This document shows positions 13,530 through 26,017 of a stretch of DNA of 64,000 bases, piece after piece. The DNA lies in NCBI GenBank assembly GCA_026770705.1, contig JANJGN010000071.1, forward strand, positions 1,612,001 to 1,676,000, read 5' to 3'. The position numbers and the translations under genes are program-made. Positions within the stretch are counted from its first letter, which is position 1. Every line of letters starts with the position of its first letter. Under the pieces are notes generated by a model that saw only the letters and a program-made list of their open reading frames with translations, had not been told where the DNA came from and did not search any database. This DNA comes from Isurus oxyrinchus. Its lineage: Eukaryota.

Positions 13530-14670
13530 TGAGGATGCTTCAATTCTTCAAACTCATTCCGAGATACACTCTCATATTCCCCCAGCAACTCAGCAACTCC
13601 TCCAGTGAAACATTTCAGAGCAGCTGAGCTTGGTTTTCTGGAACCAGTCTCGGCCCAGAAGACTAGGGCCCTCACCTGTCGCTATGATCACTGGAAGCTG
13701 GGCTGTCTGCTGCCTGTAGGACACAGGTACTGGGACCAGGTCCTTTCCCTGTATGGATTCTCCAGTGTGTGTCTTCAGCTGATCCATTGTTTGCTCTAAA
13801 TTCAGCGTCTGGGTTCCTTCATTTAGCTGTTTAAATGTGGGCTCTTCCACCACTGTGTCTGAGGCTCCCGTATCTGCCCCATTACTAGTGGCTGCCCATT
13901 CACTTGGGTTGTGATGGTTATAGGTTCAGTTTTTACCACTGTGACATTGGACAGGGAATAGACATCGGTATCAGCAGCTTCAGGCTCTGTGATATTATTC
14001 ACTTCCATCATGTTGGTGCACTGCCTGATGGGCTGTCTCGATTTCACCCTGCATTGCTTTATTACCCGCCCCATTCTTGTGGCAGTGATGGCATTCTGCT
14101 CCCTTGAACCTGCAGGTGTCCGGTACGAGCTCACTCCCCCCCACATCGAGAACAGGCCAACTTCGGAGTTGCTGCTGAAATACTCCCACGAAACCTTTTA
14201 GTTTCTGGAGCGGCAGAGACTGTCTCTCGCTTGGCGGCTGTCTCTCTCTCTCTCTCTCTCTCTCTCCAGTTTGAGCCTCACGCCCGGTGGTTGTTTCCTG
14301 TCCCAGCTGAGGACTGGTGCCATGTTGTACATCCTGTAAATCCCGCCAGTCTCTCCCAGCACTTTCCATGCCTGGCGCTATTTCCATGGTGCGCTTCAAA
14401 TCGATGTCGTCTTCTGCAAGTAAACGGCTCTGAATGGCGTTGGGGTGAACGACACAAACCAATCGGCCCCGCAACATGTCATTGAGTGTGTCTCCGAGGT
14501 CCCAGTGCTCAGTCACCTGCTTCCACTTCACTGTATAGGTTGCGATGGACTCACCCGGGGCCCTTACTCTGGAGTTAAACTTAAACCTCTGCATTATTAC
14601 CCACGGCTTCAGCTGAAAACACATCTTCATGAGGACGACTAATTGGTGAAAAGATTTAGAATTGGGTGTA
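13530..14670 (-). mobile_element. Degenerate Gypsy/Ty3 LTR-retrotransposon gag-protease fragment
   Basis: QRFKFNSRVRAPGESIATY, LNDMLRGRLVC..IQSRLLAE, zinc knuckle CRFKGAECHHCHK, VNGQPLVM.., GPSLLGRDW; several frameshifts. Confidence 0.85.
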
Positions 14671-15823
14671 ATACACGTCACTGTCTTCAGCTCTGAGACT
14701 GTCAATCCTCACCAAACAATTCTTCCCTTCCAAGTTCCCAATTATTTTAGCACGTCCCACGAATGTGGCCACCCCATAATTGGGATCTTTGGTGTATGTG
14801 ATGGTATATTTCCATCTATACCAATATTTATACCAAGCTCCGTGCAGTGCTGTGTAAGAGTGGGAAGGAAAGTCAAAGCTACACGGAATAACCACACAAG
14901 AGCTGCTGATGGCCCTCCGAGGCAGCGCCTTCATAGACCATCCCTCTGACGTCACTCCTGAAAGGCAACGAGGGAGGGGACTGAACATCAAAAAGCAGAA
15001 TATTACTTCAATGGAGAGAGGCAGCAGAATGCGGTACAGAGGGATCTGGGTGTCCTTGTACATGAATCACAGAAAGTCAGCATTCAGGAACAGCACAGAA
15101 TGAGGAAGGCAAGTGGAATGTTGGCCTTTATTGCAAAGGGATGGAGTATAAAAGGAGGGAAGTCTTGCAACAGCTGCACAGGGCGTTGGTGAGATTGTAT
15201 CAGGAGCAGTGTGTACAGTTCTGGTCTCCTTACTTAGGGAGGGATAGACTCTGCATTGGAGGCAGCTCAGAGGAGGTTCACTGGGCTGATTCCTGGGATG
15301 AAGGGGGTTTGTCTTATGAGGAAATGTTGAGCAGGTTGGGCCCTGTATCCATTGGAGTTTAGAAGAATGAGAGGTGATCTTATTGAAACATATAAGATTC
15401 TGAGGTGGTGGGGGGTTTGACAGGGTGGATGCTGAGGGGATGTTACCCCTTGTGGGGGAATCCTGTGAAGCAATAAGGATGTTTTACTGCATTAAAGGTG
15501 CTGTATAAATGCACTGTCATTCCTATTGAAACAAGCTCTCTGATGCACAAACAGAAAATGCTGGAAAAACTCAGCAGGTCTGACAGCATCTGTGGAGAGA
15601 GAAACAGAGTTGTTGTTTCGAGTCCGTATGAGGCTTTTGCTTTTGCTAAATTCTCTGACTCGCTATTCGCTCACTCTCTGTGTGATCACTAACCCTGTTC
15701 TCTAAAATTAAATGTTCACTTCCTCATTCCAGGAAAGAATCCAATTCCCTGAGTTCCGATCAGTAATGAATTTGTACCTTGCAGCAAGCTGATGAAGATC
15801 AATATCAGACCGACCTCTCCCAT
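14656..15823 (-). pseudogene. Second Siglec gene relic: leader exon (15778-15823, MGEVGLILIFISLLQ|G) + 3'-truncated V-set exon (14957 down to ~14670)
   Basis: Phase-1 leader and V exon with intact splice sites. GWSMK..SCVVIPCSFDFP..HGAWY..GNLEGKNCLVRIDSLRAEDSDVYY then runs into Gypsy gag and stops at 14656. No C2/TM exons found downstream. Confidence 0.82.
15060..15470 (+). mobile_element. CR1 LINE 3' fragment
   Basis: EYKRREVLQQLHRALVR..EQCVQFWSPYL (decayed LYxxLVRPHLEYCVQFWSP). Confidence 0.8.
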
Positions 15824-16089
15824 CTTCAGTTCCTCATCTAAATGGAAATGATAAAGACAGAGACTTTTTCATAAATTGTCCCCAGCGTTTCTTCCTCAAA
15901 CAACAACTTGTGGTTAAATGGCACCTTTCAGTGAGTTAAACAGCCCCAGGGAATAAACTAATGTCAAGACAAGGAAGGAGAGATTGAGAAGGGACATCGC
16001 AAACCGATTCACCAAACACGGCAAAAATTCATTGTTCCCTCACTCCCTGTGCTGGGTGTCCAGCTTTTTCTCTCAGTGAGTTTAGTCCT

Positions 16090-17900
16090 CACAATCTCTA
16101 TCTATCGCACTCTTCTGCTCTATCTCTCTCTCACACACACATTCTCTCTCTAACACACAATCTCTCTCTATCACACTCTTCTGCTCTATCTCTCTCTCTC
16201 TCACACTCACACATTCTCTCTCTAACACTCACTATCTCTCTCGATAACACTCTTCTGCTCTGTCTCTCACTCTCTCTCACACACATTCTCTCTCCAACAC
16301 TCACAATCTCTATCTATCGCACTCTTCTGCTCTCTCTCTCTCTCTCTCACACTCACATTCTCTCTCTAACACTCACAATCTCTCTCTATCGCACTCTTCT
16401 GCTCTATCTCTCTCTCTCACACACACACATTCTCTCTCCAACACTCACAATCTCTCTCTATCGCACTCTTCTGCTCTATCTCTCTCTCTCTCACACACAC
16501 ACACATTCTCTCTCTAACACTCACAATCTCTCTCTATCACACTCCTCTGCTCTATCTCTCTCTCTCACACACACACATTCTCTCTCTAACACTCACAATC
16601 TCTCTCTATCACACTCTTCTGCTCTCTCTCTCTCTCACACACACACACATTCTCTCTCTAACACTCACAATCTCTCTCTATCACACTCCTGTGCTCTATC
16701 TCTCTCTCTCACACACACACATTCTCTCTCTAACACTCACAATCTCTCTCTATCGCACTCTTCTGCTCTATCTCTCTCTCTCACACACACACATTCTCTC
16801 TCTAACACTCACAATCTCTCTCTATCACACTCTTCTGCTCTATCTCTCTCTCTCTCACACACATTCTCTCTCTAACACTCACAATCTCTCTCTATCACAC
16901 TCTTCTGCTCTATCTCTCTCTCTCTCACACACACACATTCTCTCTCTAACACTCACAATCTCTCTCTATCACACTCTTCTGCTCTATCTCTCTCTCTCTC
17001 ACACACACACATTCTCTCTCTAAAACTCACAATCTCTATCACACTCTTCTGCTCTATCTCTCTCTCACACACACACACATTCTCTCTCTAACAAACACAA
17101 ACTCTCTCTATCGCACTCTTCTGCTCTCTCTCTCTCACAAACACACATTCTCTCTCTAACACTCACAATCTCTCTCTATCACACTCCTCTGCTCTATCTC
17201 TCTCTCTCACACACACACACATTCTCTCTCTAACAAACACAATCTCTCTCTATCACACTCCTCTGCTCTATCTCTCTCTTCACACACACATTCTCTCTCT
17301 AACACTCACAATCTCTCTCTATCGCACTCTTCTGCTCTATCTCTCTCTCTCTCACACACACACATTCTCTCTCTAACACTCACAATCTCTCTCTATCGCA
17401 CTCTTCTGCTCTCTCTCTCTCTCTCTCACACACACATTCTCTCTGTCTCCCTCCCTCAAATACATTGTCTCTCTCTCTCTGACACAAACACTCTCTCACA
17501 CACTCACATACTTTCCCTAAAACTAACACAATCTCTCTTTCTGTCAAGCACACACTCTCTCTCACACACACACACTCTCTCTCTCAGACACACACATTCT
17601 CTCTCTCTCAAACATTTAACATTTCTCTTCATCTCGATCTTCTGCTGTCTCCCTCTTTCTCTCCCTCGCACACACACACACTCTCTGTCACAAACACACT
17701 CTCTCTCCCACACAATCTCTCTCACAGACACTCTGTCTCACACACTCACACTCTCTGTCACAAACACACGCTCTCTCCCACACACTCTCTCTCACATACT
17801 CTCACATGCACACTCTCTCCCTCATATACAAACACTCTCCCTCACACATGCACACTCTCTATCTCTTTTTCTCTCTCACACAGTCTCTCTGTCTCTCTCT
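16090..17900 (+). repeat. ~70-bp CT/CA composite minisatellite and low-complexity tract (dup. ~57510-58850)
   Basis: Unit ACTCACAATCTCTCTCTATCACACTCTTCTGCTCTATC(TC)n(AC)nATTCTCTCTCTAAC. Confidence 0.92.
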
Positions 17901-18825
17901 CTCTCTCAGACACTCTCTCTCTCTCTGATACAGAATGTTTTAAGACCTGCTCATGATTTCAGCTCAAAACCCAGGTAGATTCTCCCCAGTGAGGGAGTAG
18001 TGAGGGAGTGCTGCACTGTCAGAGGATCAGTACTGAGGGCGTGCTGCACTGTCAGAGGGTAAGTACTGAGGGAGTGCTGCACTGTCGGAGGATCAGTACT
18101 GAACACAATGTCCATTCAGAACAGCTCGGTCCCCGATCAGAGAAACAGCCTCAGACAGAACCAACTGACGCTGGAATCCATACAATTCATCAACGTGTTG
18201 GGAGTTAGTTTGATGTCGGAGATGGAGTGTTACTGGGAAGGATGGAACCCGTCAGGATGAACAGCTCGATGTACGACAAGGAAAGGATGAGCTAAGAGGG
18301 GTTGGTCACGGACAGACGGAGCATGTGAAGACTCAACAAGCTAATGGCAGGTGAAGAGCTGGAAAGGTGTCTTTTCAACACAAGGTTTAGACACAGAACT
18401 CGATGTTTGATCGGGTATTTCAAACCAGAGAAACTCTTTACAGGGTGAATGGACCTTGTCAATAATCCATCCAGCCAACCTCGCCTGGAGATTAGTCCAA
18501 TATTAGACACTAAACCGAGTCCCCCGTCTGCCCTCTCGGGCGGGTGTGAAAGATCCCACAGCCACTATTTGGAGGAAGAGCAGGGGGGAGATCTCCCCGG
18601 TGTCCTGGGACCAGTATTTATCCCTCAACCAACATCACTAAAAACAGATGATCACATTGCTGTTTGTGGGAGCTTGCTGTGCGCTAATTGGCTGCTGCGT
18701 TTCCTACATTACAACAGTAACCACACTTCGAAAAAAGGGTGAACTCACTTGTAAAGTGTTCTGGGGCATCCAGAGACCATGCTGTACAGAAGAGATTTGA
18801 CAGGAGCAGCAAGTGTTTTACTTAC

Positions 18826-19080
18826 AGGAGAATGAGTCCCCAGGGTTGTAGAGTCAATCCTGTCAGATGAATGTCTAACTGGAGACACTTCAGGGAGCTG
18901 ATCTAATTCTGGAAATGTTCAGTTTACCAGGATCGGAGGAGAGATGATCTTCCTCTCCTGACTGCATCGGACACGAGGTGAACTGGCTCTGGGAGGAGGG
19001 TCAGTGTTAACCCAGTTTTTCTGTGTTTGAGGGAGATGTGAAACTGGGGAAGTCACGTGGTTTTTTGGTGTGGTAACTCC
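18826..19080 (-). promoter_or_regulatory. Putative first exon/promoter of the second Siglec gene (ETS/PU.1, E-box, RUNX cluster)
   Basis: Donor |gtaagt at 18825; GGGGAAGTCACGTG (19046-19059) and TGTGGT (19069-19074); duplicated near 59970. Confidence 0.35.
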
Positions 19081-19257
19081 ATGTCTTTATTTGGTGCAGC
19101 ACTCATTTAGTTCATGTCGTTGTTTCAATGCTACAAAACCACAGTGCATTCTGGACTATTTCTGCCTGACCTGCTGTCAGATACACACAGTCTGACAGAG
19201 AGGCGGAAAAGTGGTCCCTAGCAACGTGTGTAACTGTGAACTCGGCTCAGTCAGAAT

Positions 19258-19293
<36 letters not shown>

Positions 19294-20074
19294 ATGCACA
19301 CTCACACATGCACACATACCCTCAAACACACACTCTTTTGCACAAACACTTTCTCTTTCACACACACACATACACACACACACTCTCTCTCTCACACACA
19401 TGTTCTCTCTCACTCCCTCTCTCAAACGCACAATCTCCCTTTCTCTCAATCTCACACACACACTATCACATACACAAATACTCTCTCACAGACACACACT
19501 CTCTTTTGCACGCAAACTATCTCACACATACATTCTCTCTCTATCTTTCTCTCTCACACGTATACTCTCTCTCACTCTCACATAGACATTCTCTTTCTCT
19601 CACACACTCTCTCACACACACAAGCTACCTCCCTCTCTCATGCACACACACTCTAACTCTCTTTTGCTCTCTCACACATACACACTCAGTCTCTCACACA
19701 TACATTGTCTCTCTCTCTCTCACACAAACGCACTCTCTCTCTTCGAGATGGAAGGTTGGTGTTTTGAGACCATGTCAAAGTTTCAGCTCAAAATGCGGAC
19801 GGACTCTCCCCAGTAAGGGAGTGCTGAGGGTGTGCTGCACTGTTGGAAGGTCAGTACTGAGGGAGTGCTGCACTGTCGGAGGGTCAGTACTGAGGGAGTG
19901 CTGCACTCCCAGAGGGTCAGTACTGAGGGAGTGCTGCACTCCCAGAGGGTCAATGCTGAACGAATGCCACACTGTCAAAGGGTCAGTGCTGAGCGAGTGC
20001 TGCACTGTTGGAGGGTGAGCGTTGAGGAAGTGCTGCACTGTCACTGTCACTGACCATCCGACAGTGCACTGTCA

Positions 20075-20675
20075 CCTAGGCAGGTGGAGATTATTCCATC
20101 ACACTCCTGACCTGTGCCTTGAGGTTGATGGACAGGCTTTGGGGAGTCAGGAGATGAGTTACTCACCACAGGATTCCCAGCCTCTGGCCTGCTCTTGTAG
20201 TCACAGTGTTTATATGGCTAGTCCAGTTCAGTTTCTGGTCAACGTTAACCCCCAGCGTGTTGAGAGTGGGGGATTCAGCAATGGTGATGCCATTGGACAT
20301 TAATGGGAGATGGATATATTCTCTCTGGTTGGAGATGGTCATTGCCTGGCACTTGTGTGGCATGAATGTTACTTGCCACTTGTCAGGCCAAGCCTGGATA
20401 TTGTCAAGGTCTTGCTGCATTTGGACATGGACTGCTTCAGCATCTGATGAGTCATGAATGATGTTGAACGTTGTGCAATCATCAGCGACCTTCCATAATT
20501 CTGACCATCTGATAGAATGAATGTCATTGATGAAGCAGCTGAAGATGTTTGGGCCTAGGACACTACACTGAGCAACTCCTGCAGTGATATCCTGGAACTG
20601 AGATGACTGACCTCCAACAACCACAACCACCTTCCTTTGTACTTGGTATGAATCCAATGAGTGGAGAGTTTTCCC
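20075..20675 (-). mobile_element. CR1-clade LINE reverse transcriptase fragment
   Basis: AGVAQCSVLGP..FINDI..VADD..QQDLDNIQAW..KWQVTF..KC..LGV..DQKLNWTSHI. Confidence 0.85.
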
Positions 20676-21565
20676 TGTGACATGACATGGCAGATGATGT
20701 GTGCTTGGTGCTCCAAATCCACAAGGGAAAATTGGTCATGCTATCACAATAGTTTTGCAATTTGTATTTATTATAAGAAGCGTGCACTGAATTCAGGAGT
20801 AATGAGATGACCACAACCTTTAGAGATTTTAAAAATTGGATTAAGATATTTATTAACAAAATAAAAGATTTCAAGCACAGACATAATACCACAGTTAGTT
20901 GCAGCTAAAATATATTCTCAAATTCCTAATTAACCTGACTCCCAGTTACAGAACCCGTTTAATGCAACAGTCGAAAATAAGATTTTAGATTAAAAACAAA
21001 CCCAGCGAGTTAACACAGCACACACTTGACAGTGGAATTCTAAATGGATTTCTCCAACTTTATTTACTGAACATAACAGACTTATGCACAAATGCCTGGA
21101 GGCTTCTTCAAGCCTGTTTCACACACTCCTGTTAGATCTTACATGGCCCCAACATAGTCTTTCATTCTCCTTTATACATGTTTCTCTCTCTTTGATGTAA
21201 ATTCTTTGGAACTGTACCTTTCCCATAATATAAACTTTCATGTTGCCAATATTGTCAATGAAGTTTGGGTAAAATTTAAAAAAACTCCTTAGCTTTGCTT
21301 ATTGGGCTTGTCCTAAACAGACCAACATCCCTTTGAAATCAAAACAACCCCTTCACACCTTACATGTTAACACAGCCTCCATGTGTTCTCATTAGCATTT
21401 CAAGTACATTTCTACATCTAGCTTCTTTTGATAATCTCAAGCTTGCAGTCTACCTGACTCCAGATGTAATTAAACCACACAGACAGATCCATCTACACTC
21501 ACACTCATAAACCTACTTTAAAACAAACCAGGAAAATATTAAGCAAATTATTATACTTTCGTACC
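20676..21565 (-). mobile_element. AT-rich LTR-like insertion
   Basis: Begins TGTGACATG, interrupts LINE-like sequence; composition resembles the reverse complement of the other LTR-like elements. Confidence 0.4.
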
Positions 21566-21857
21566 ACCCCTGATTCCCATTGACTCCAGTTATGCTCGGG
21601 CTCCTAGATGCCACACTCGGTTAAATGCAGCCATGATGTCAAAGGCAGTCATTCTCGTCTCACCTTGTATTAACAGATGTAACATTATACATAATTCATA
21701 AGCTTCTCACAATCTTTGACAGCATGGAAAAAGATGCAGCATTCAGAAAGCTCACTCAGAACCAATAAAAAAAAGTTGAGCAACATCATATTTCTGTTCA
21801 TTACTATTTGGCCATGTTGGCTGCACACACCCCACAGCCCCGCTCCCTGTTTCACAC

Positions 21858-22106
21858 TCAGTTTTTCTGGAACCTGATCTGTGCGTATTCCGTGTCCTCG
21901 CTCCTGTGCACAGTCCTGTCACCGCCGGGCAGCTTTGAAAAGTTGATGTTGGCGTAGAAAAGCTCGTCTGGTTTGTCGGAGTTCTCATGTCCAACATCGC
22001 CTCCCACTGGACCTTCAGAGAGACCCCGGGGAGCTGGGGTCTCCCCCTCACTAGTTGTGTCTCTGGTTGTGTTCCGGGGCTCAGTAATCAGCACGTTCTG
22101 TTTACC
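21858..22106 (-). CDS. Terminal cytoplasmic exon with ITIM (LFYANI) and ITSM/ITIM-like (TEYAQI)
   Basis: ttctctgtag|GGT, 82 codons + stop; motif order as in CD33-type Siglec tails. Confidence 0.88.
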   Translation of the reverse strand, partial: GKQNVLITEPRNTTRDTTSEGETPAPRGLSEGPVGGDVGHENSDKPDELFYANINFSKLPGGDRTVHRSEDTEYAQIRFQKN

Positions 22107-25100
22107 CTACAGAGAAATGGAAACAGAAGACATCCTCACATCATTTACTGGCACTGATAGGGTTAAATTATTGTGCAGCCTCATTAGTGTCAGTCGTGTC
22201 TCAGTGGGTTTAAGCCTTTTTTCACTCTCTTTCTCTGTCTCTCTTTCTCTCTCGCTTTCTCTCTCTCTTTATAATTTAATCTCTATCACACTCCAACAGT
22301 GCAGCACTCCCTCAATACTGACCCTCTGACAGTGCAGCACTCCCTCAATACTGACCCTCTGACAGTGCAGCACTCCCTCAATACTGACCCTCCGACAATG
22401 CAGTACTCCCTCAGTACTGACTCTCTGACAGTGCAGCACTCCCTCAGTACTGACCCTCCAACAGTGCAGCACTCCCTCAATACTGACCCTCTGACAGTGC
22501 AGCACTCCCTCAATACTGACCCTCTGACAGTGCAGCACTCCCTCAGTACTGACCCTCTGACAGTGCAGCACTCCCTCACTACTGACCCTCCGACAGTGCA
22601 GCACTCCCTCAGTACTGACTCTCTGACAGTGCAGCACTCCCTCAGTACTGACCCGCTGACAGTGCAGCACTTCCTCAGTACTGATCATCCGACAGTGCAG
22701 CACTCCCTCAGTACTGACCCTCCGACAGTGCAGCACTCCCTCAGTAATGACACTCTGACAGTGCACAACTCCCTCAGTACTGACCCTCCGACAGTGCAGC
22801 ACTCCCTCAGTACTGACCCTCCGACAGTGCAGCACTCCCTCAGTACTGACACTCTGACATTGCAGCACTCCCTCAGTACTGACCCTCCGACAGTGTAGCA
22901 CTCCCTCACTACTGACATCAGGTGCCTTGTCATTATTGTGTTCAGATTTCTGGTCAAAGAGCGAGTGATGGAGGGTGACAGCGGCTGGGAGCGAGAGACA
23001 GTGCTGACCACTGAGCCATTGCTTCACAGGGAGATATCTGTGTGTAACCCGGCTGGGAATCTGGGACACGTGTTGTCTACACACTGAGGTTGAAGCTTTG
23101 AAGTGAGTGTAAACAGCTCCTGTACCTGGTGCTTCACAGAGAGTGACCTGGGGTTCAATGCAATGTCACTGGTCCCTGAAACTCTCTCCTGCGTCGCTGT
23201 CTTTCTCCTGCAATAACACAATATCACACTGTGGTTATCATATAGCTGAGAGTCAGTGCAGCACAGACACAGAGACCACTGTAACCGTACAGCAACGGCT
23301 GGACTGTCTCTAGTTCCAATAAGGGGTATCAGCGTGACATCACTATAATGGAAGTGTGTCATGTGATCCAATCTCAGTTTGACATTTGCTTTGAGCAGAG
23401 CACACACTCACAGCTCTGATGCCTTCAATCTTTCTCCATATGTATAACTGTTCTCGTGCCGAGTCTTGATAAACAAATCATTAACATTCTCACCAAATCC
23501 CCTATGAGTGATTGGTGTTTTCTGTCTTATACAGTAAATAAGCCTAAGGTATAATATCATTATAATGACACGCCATATCTTGGACCCCCCCCTCCACCCC
23601 TGCTCTTCCCCCCATAGCCCTTCAAATGTTCCCCCTTCAAGTATTTATCCAATTCCCCTTTTGAAAGATCCTATTGAATCTGCTTCCACCGCCCTTTCAG
23701 GCAGCACCTTCCAGATCACAGCAACTGATTATTATTCATCTGGATAACGGGCAATGAAAAACACTCTCTGGATCATAACGGATAAAGAGACCAGTTAGGG
23801 AGAGGCATCTGGCGCTTAACACAAGGGAAACAATCACCGACTTAAGGAAAGAACATTGAAGCAAATATTTATCCCGGAGTAATCGTGCAGAGTGAGGAAT
23901 CTCTGAGTCTCGTGATCGTTTAGCTGGATACAGGACAATGAAAGGTTCTCTCTGGATCAGAGTGGACACAGGGATCACTTACAGAGAGGGACCTGGTGCT
24001 GATCCCAAGGGAAACAATCATCGACTTCAGGAAAGAACATTGAAGCAAATGTTTATATTAAAATCAAGTTAAATCTTCAGACTTACTTTCTCACACAGAT
24101 GAAGATGAAGATTCCAGCCAGGAAAACACTCAACATGATCCCAGCCGTGAACAATCCTACTGTCCATTTACTGGAGTCTCTACCTGTAAAAACAGCCATT
24201 AATTACTGCACTACAGGTTTACAATGATGCTCCGATGTATCTCGAGAAGCGATACACTCACTCAGTGTTTAAATACTCATTCTCGGGCAATGCTGACATT
24301 TATTGTCCATCCCTAGTTTCCCCTTGAGAAGGTGGTGGGGGGTCTTCCTCCTGAACCACTGGTTTGTCCCAAACTGGGAGACCAGTTCAGAGGGCAGGTA
24401 AGAGTTAACCATGTTGGTGTCTGAGACTGGAGTCACATCCACATCGAGACATGCTTCCCTCCCTAAAGGGTATGTAGTCTCTACACATGTAACAACCAAC
24501 CTCACTGAAATAATCGACTATCAGGTCATTATCACACGGTGGTTTGCGGGATCTTGCTGTGCACAAATCAGTACCTGTGTTTCCTACATTACAAAAGTGT
24601 GCTCACTTCGATAATGCTTCATTGGCTGTTGAATGTTTAGTAATTTCTAAGCAATTTATGAATACAAGTGTTGCATTTCAAAGTAATCCATGTAACATTT
24701 ATATATATTTATCAATTAAAGAATGAGAAGTTCAGCAATTAAAAGGGTTGTTCAGGACAGTTAGAGAGAGAAAGGTCGTCAAGTATGGAGATTGGAAACG
24801 AAGACCTGACAGCCTTGTCCTCACAACCATTGAAGGAGAAACTGAGAGCAAAAACAGAAAGGGAGAGGAAAAATTGGGTGTGTGGATAACGTGGACTGAG
24901 CGAGGATTGAAGAAAACTGGATTAAAAACAACACGATCCCAATGGCTCCACGGAGACCACGGAGAGAACAAACAAACAAATGTATCTCCACACTCACGTT
25001 CCACAGTGATGGTTATGAACCCCTCCACTGCTCCATGTTCATTCTCTGCCACACACTGATAGTCTCCAGTGTCCCTGGATGTAACGTGAGGAATCACCAA

Positions 25101-25969
25101 CCACAGCTCATTGTTGGAACTTGTTCTGTTCATTGGGACATTAAGATGTCGCCACGTCAGGTTAGAAGCTGGGAAGCTCTCGACAGAGCAGATTATCATT
25201 GTAGAATTCCCCTCAATTATATTGATCGATGAAGCGTTAATCATATCAAGAGAAGTAAATGAGAGATTCTGTGGAGCATCTAAGAACAAATCAAGTGTTT
25301 AAAAGTGAGCAAGCACAGTTTACAGCAAGACTCCATGCATCATCTCTCTGTATCTGATGTCTGTATGCATAGCCAGGTCCCTCCACTCCATATAACTTCC
25401 ATTGTCAAATTTATAGTGGGCACTGCCTATGTAAACAGTCAAACTGCAGTTACATTCTCCCAACAGTAGAGGTGCTGTCCACCTAGAATGCAAGAAACTT
25501 TCACATCCTCAGGATATACCCAAGGGCTTGACAGGCAATGATTGTATTTGATTGATGGAGCACTGAGGGGTAAATCTACAATTCTCTGTTCAGGAGGTTG
25601 CTCATCCAATTCAGGGTCTTGTTGATCTGGAGTTTACCTTCCTTCAACACAGAATCAGAGCTGATACCGAGACTCCAGTGCAGCACTGAGAGAGGACAGG
25701 GAACTCACACATGTGTTTGTGTTTGTGTGTTTTAGTATGTTTGTGTTTCTGCACAAGAGAGTATGTTTATGTGTGCGTGTGTGTATGTGTTTGTGCATGT
25801 GTGCGTGTGCCTGTTTGTATACATCTGTGCATGAGTGAGTGTGTGCATGTGTATGTCTATGTGTGTGCACATGTGACTGTGTGTGTGAGTTGAGTGTGTG
25901 TGTGTTTCTGTGTATGTGTTTCAACATGCATCACTGTGTGTGTAAGTGTGCGTGTATGTGTCTACACAT

Positions 25970-26017
<48 letters not shown>

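Larger units (their letters stand above)
1..20040 (+). repeat. Segmental duplication, left copy
   Basis: Colinear, near-identical to 44988-61340 (base 1 = base 44988), except 12672-~16090 and minisatellite lengths; more diverged beyond ~19200. Confidence 0.95.

Noticed and set aside
19177-20018. His/Thr-, Cys/Val- or Leu/Ser-rich ORFs, here and throughout the array introns
   Set aside because: Products of CA/TG/CT microsatellites.
22269-23084. Long ORFs with (STEGVLHCQRV)n / (STDPLTVQHSL)n, also at 2.4, 5.1, 37.6, 47.4, 50.1 and 61 kb
   Set aside because: Translations of the 33-bp minisatellite, open in several frames on both strands; not CRISPR either, as there are no unique spacers.
24732-24997. 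Read-through of R12 into the intron giving an 89-aa alternative C-terminus
   Set aside because: The canonical donor and TM exon are intact; no convincing TM/GPI signal or other support.
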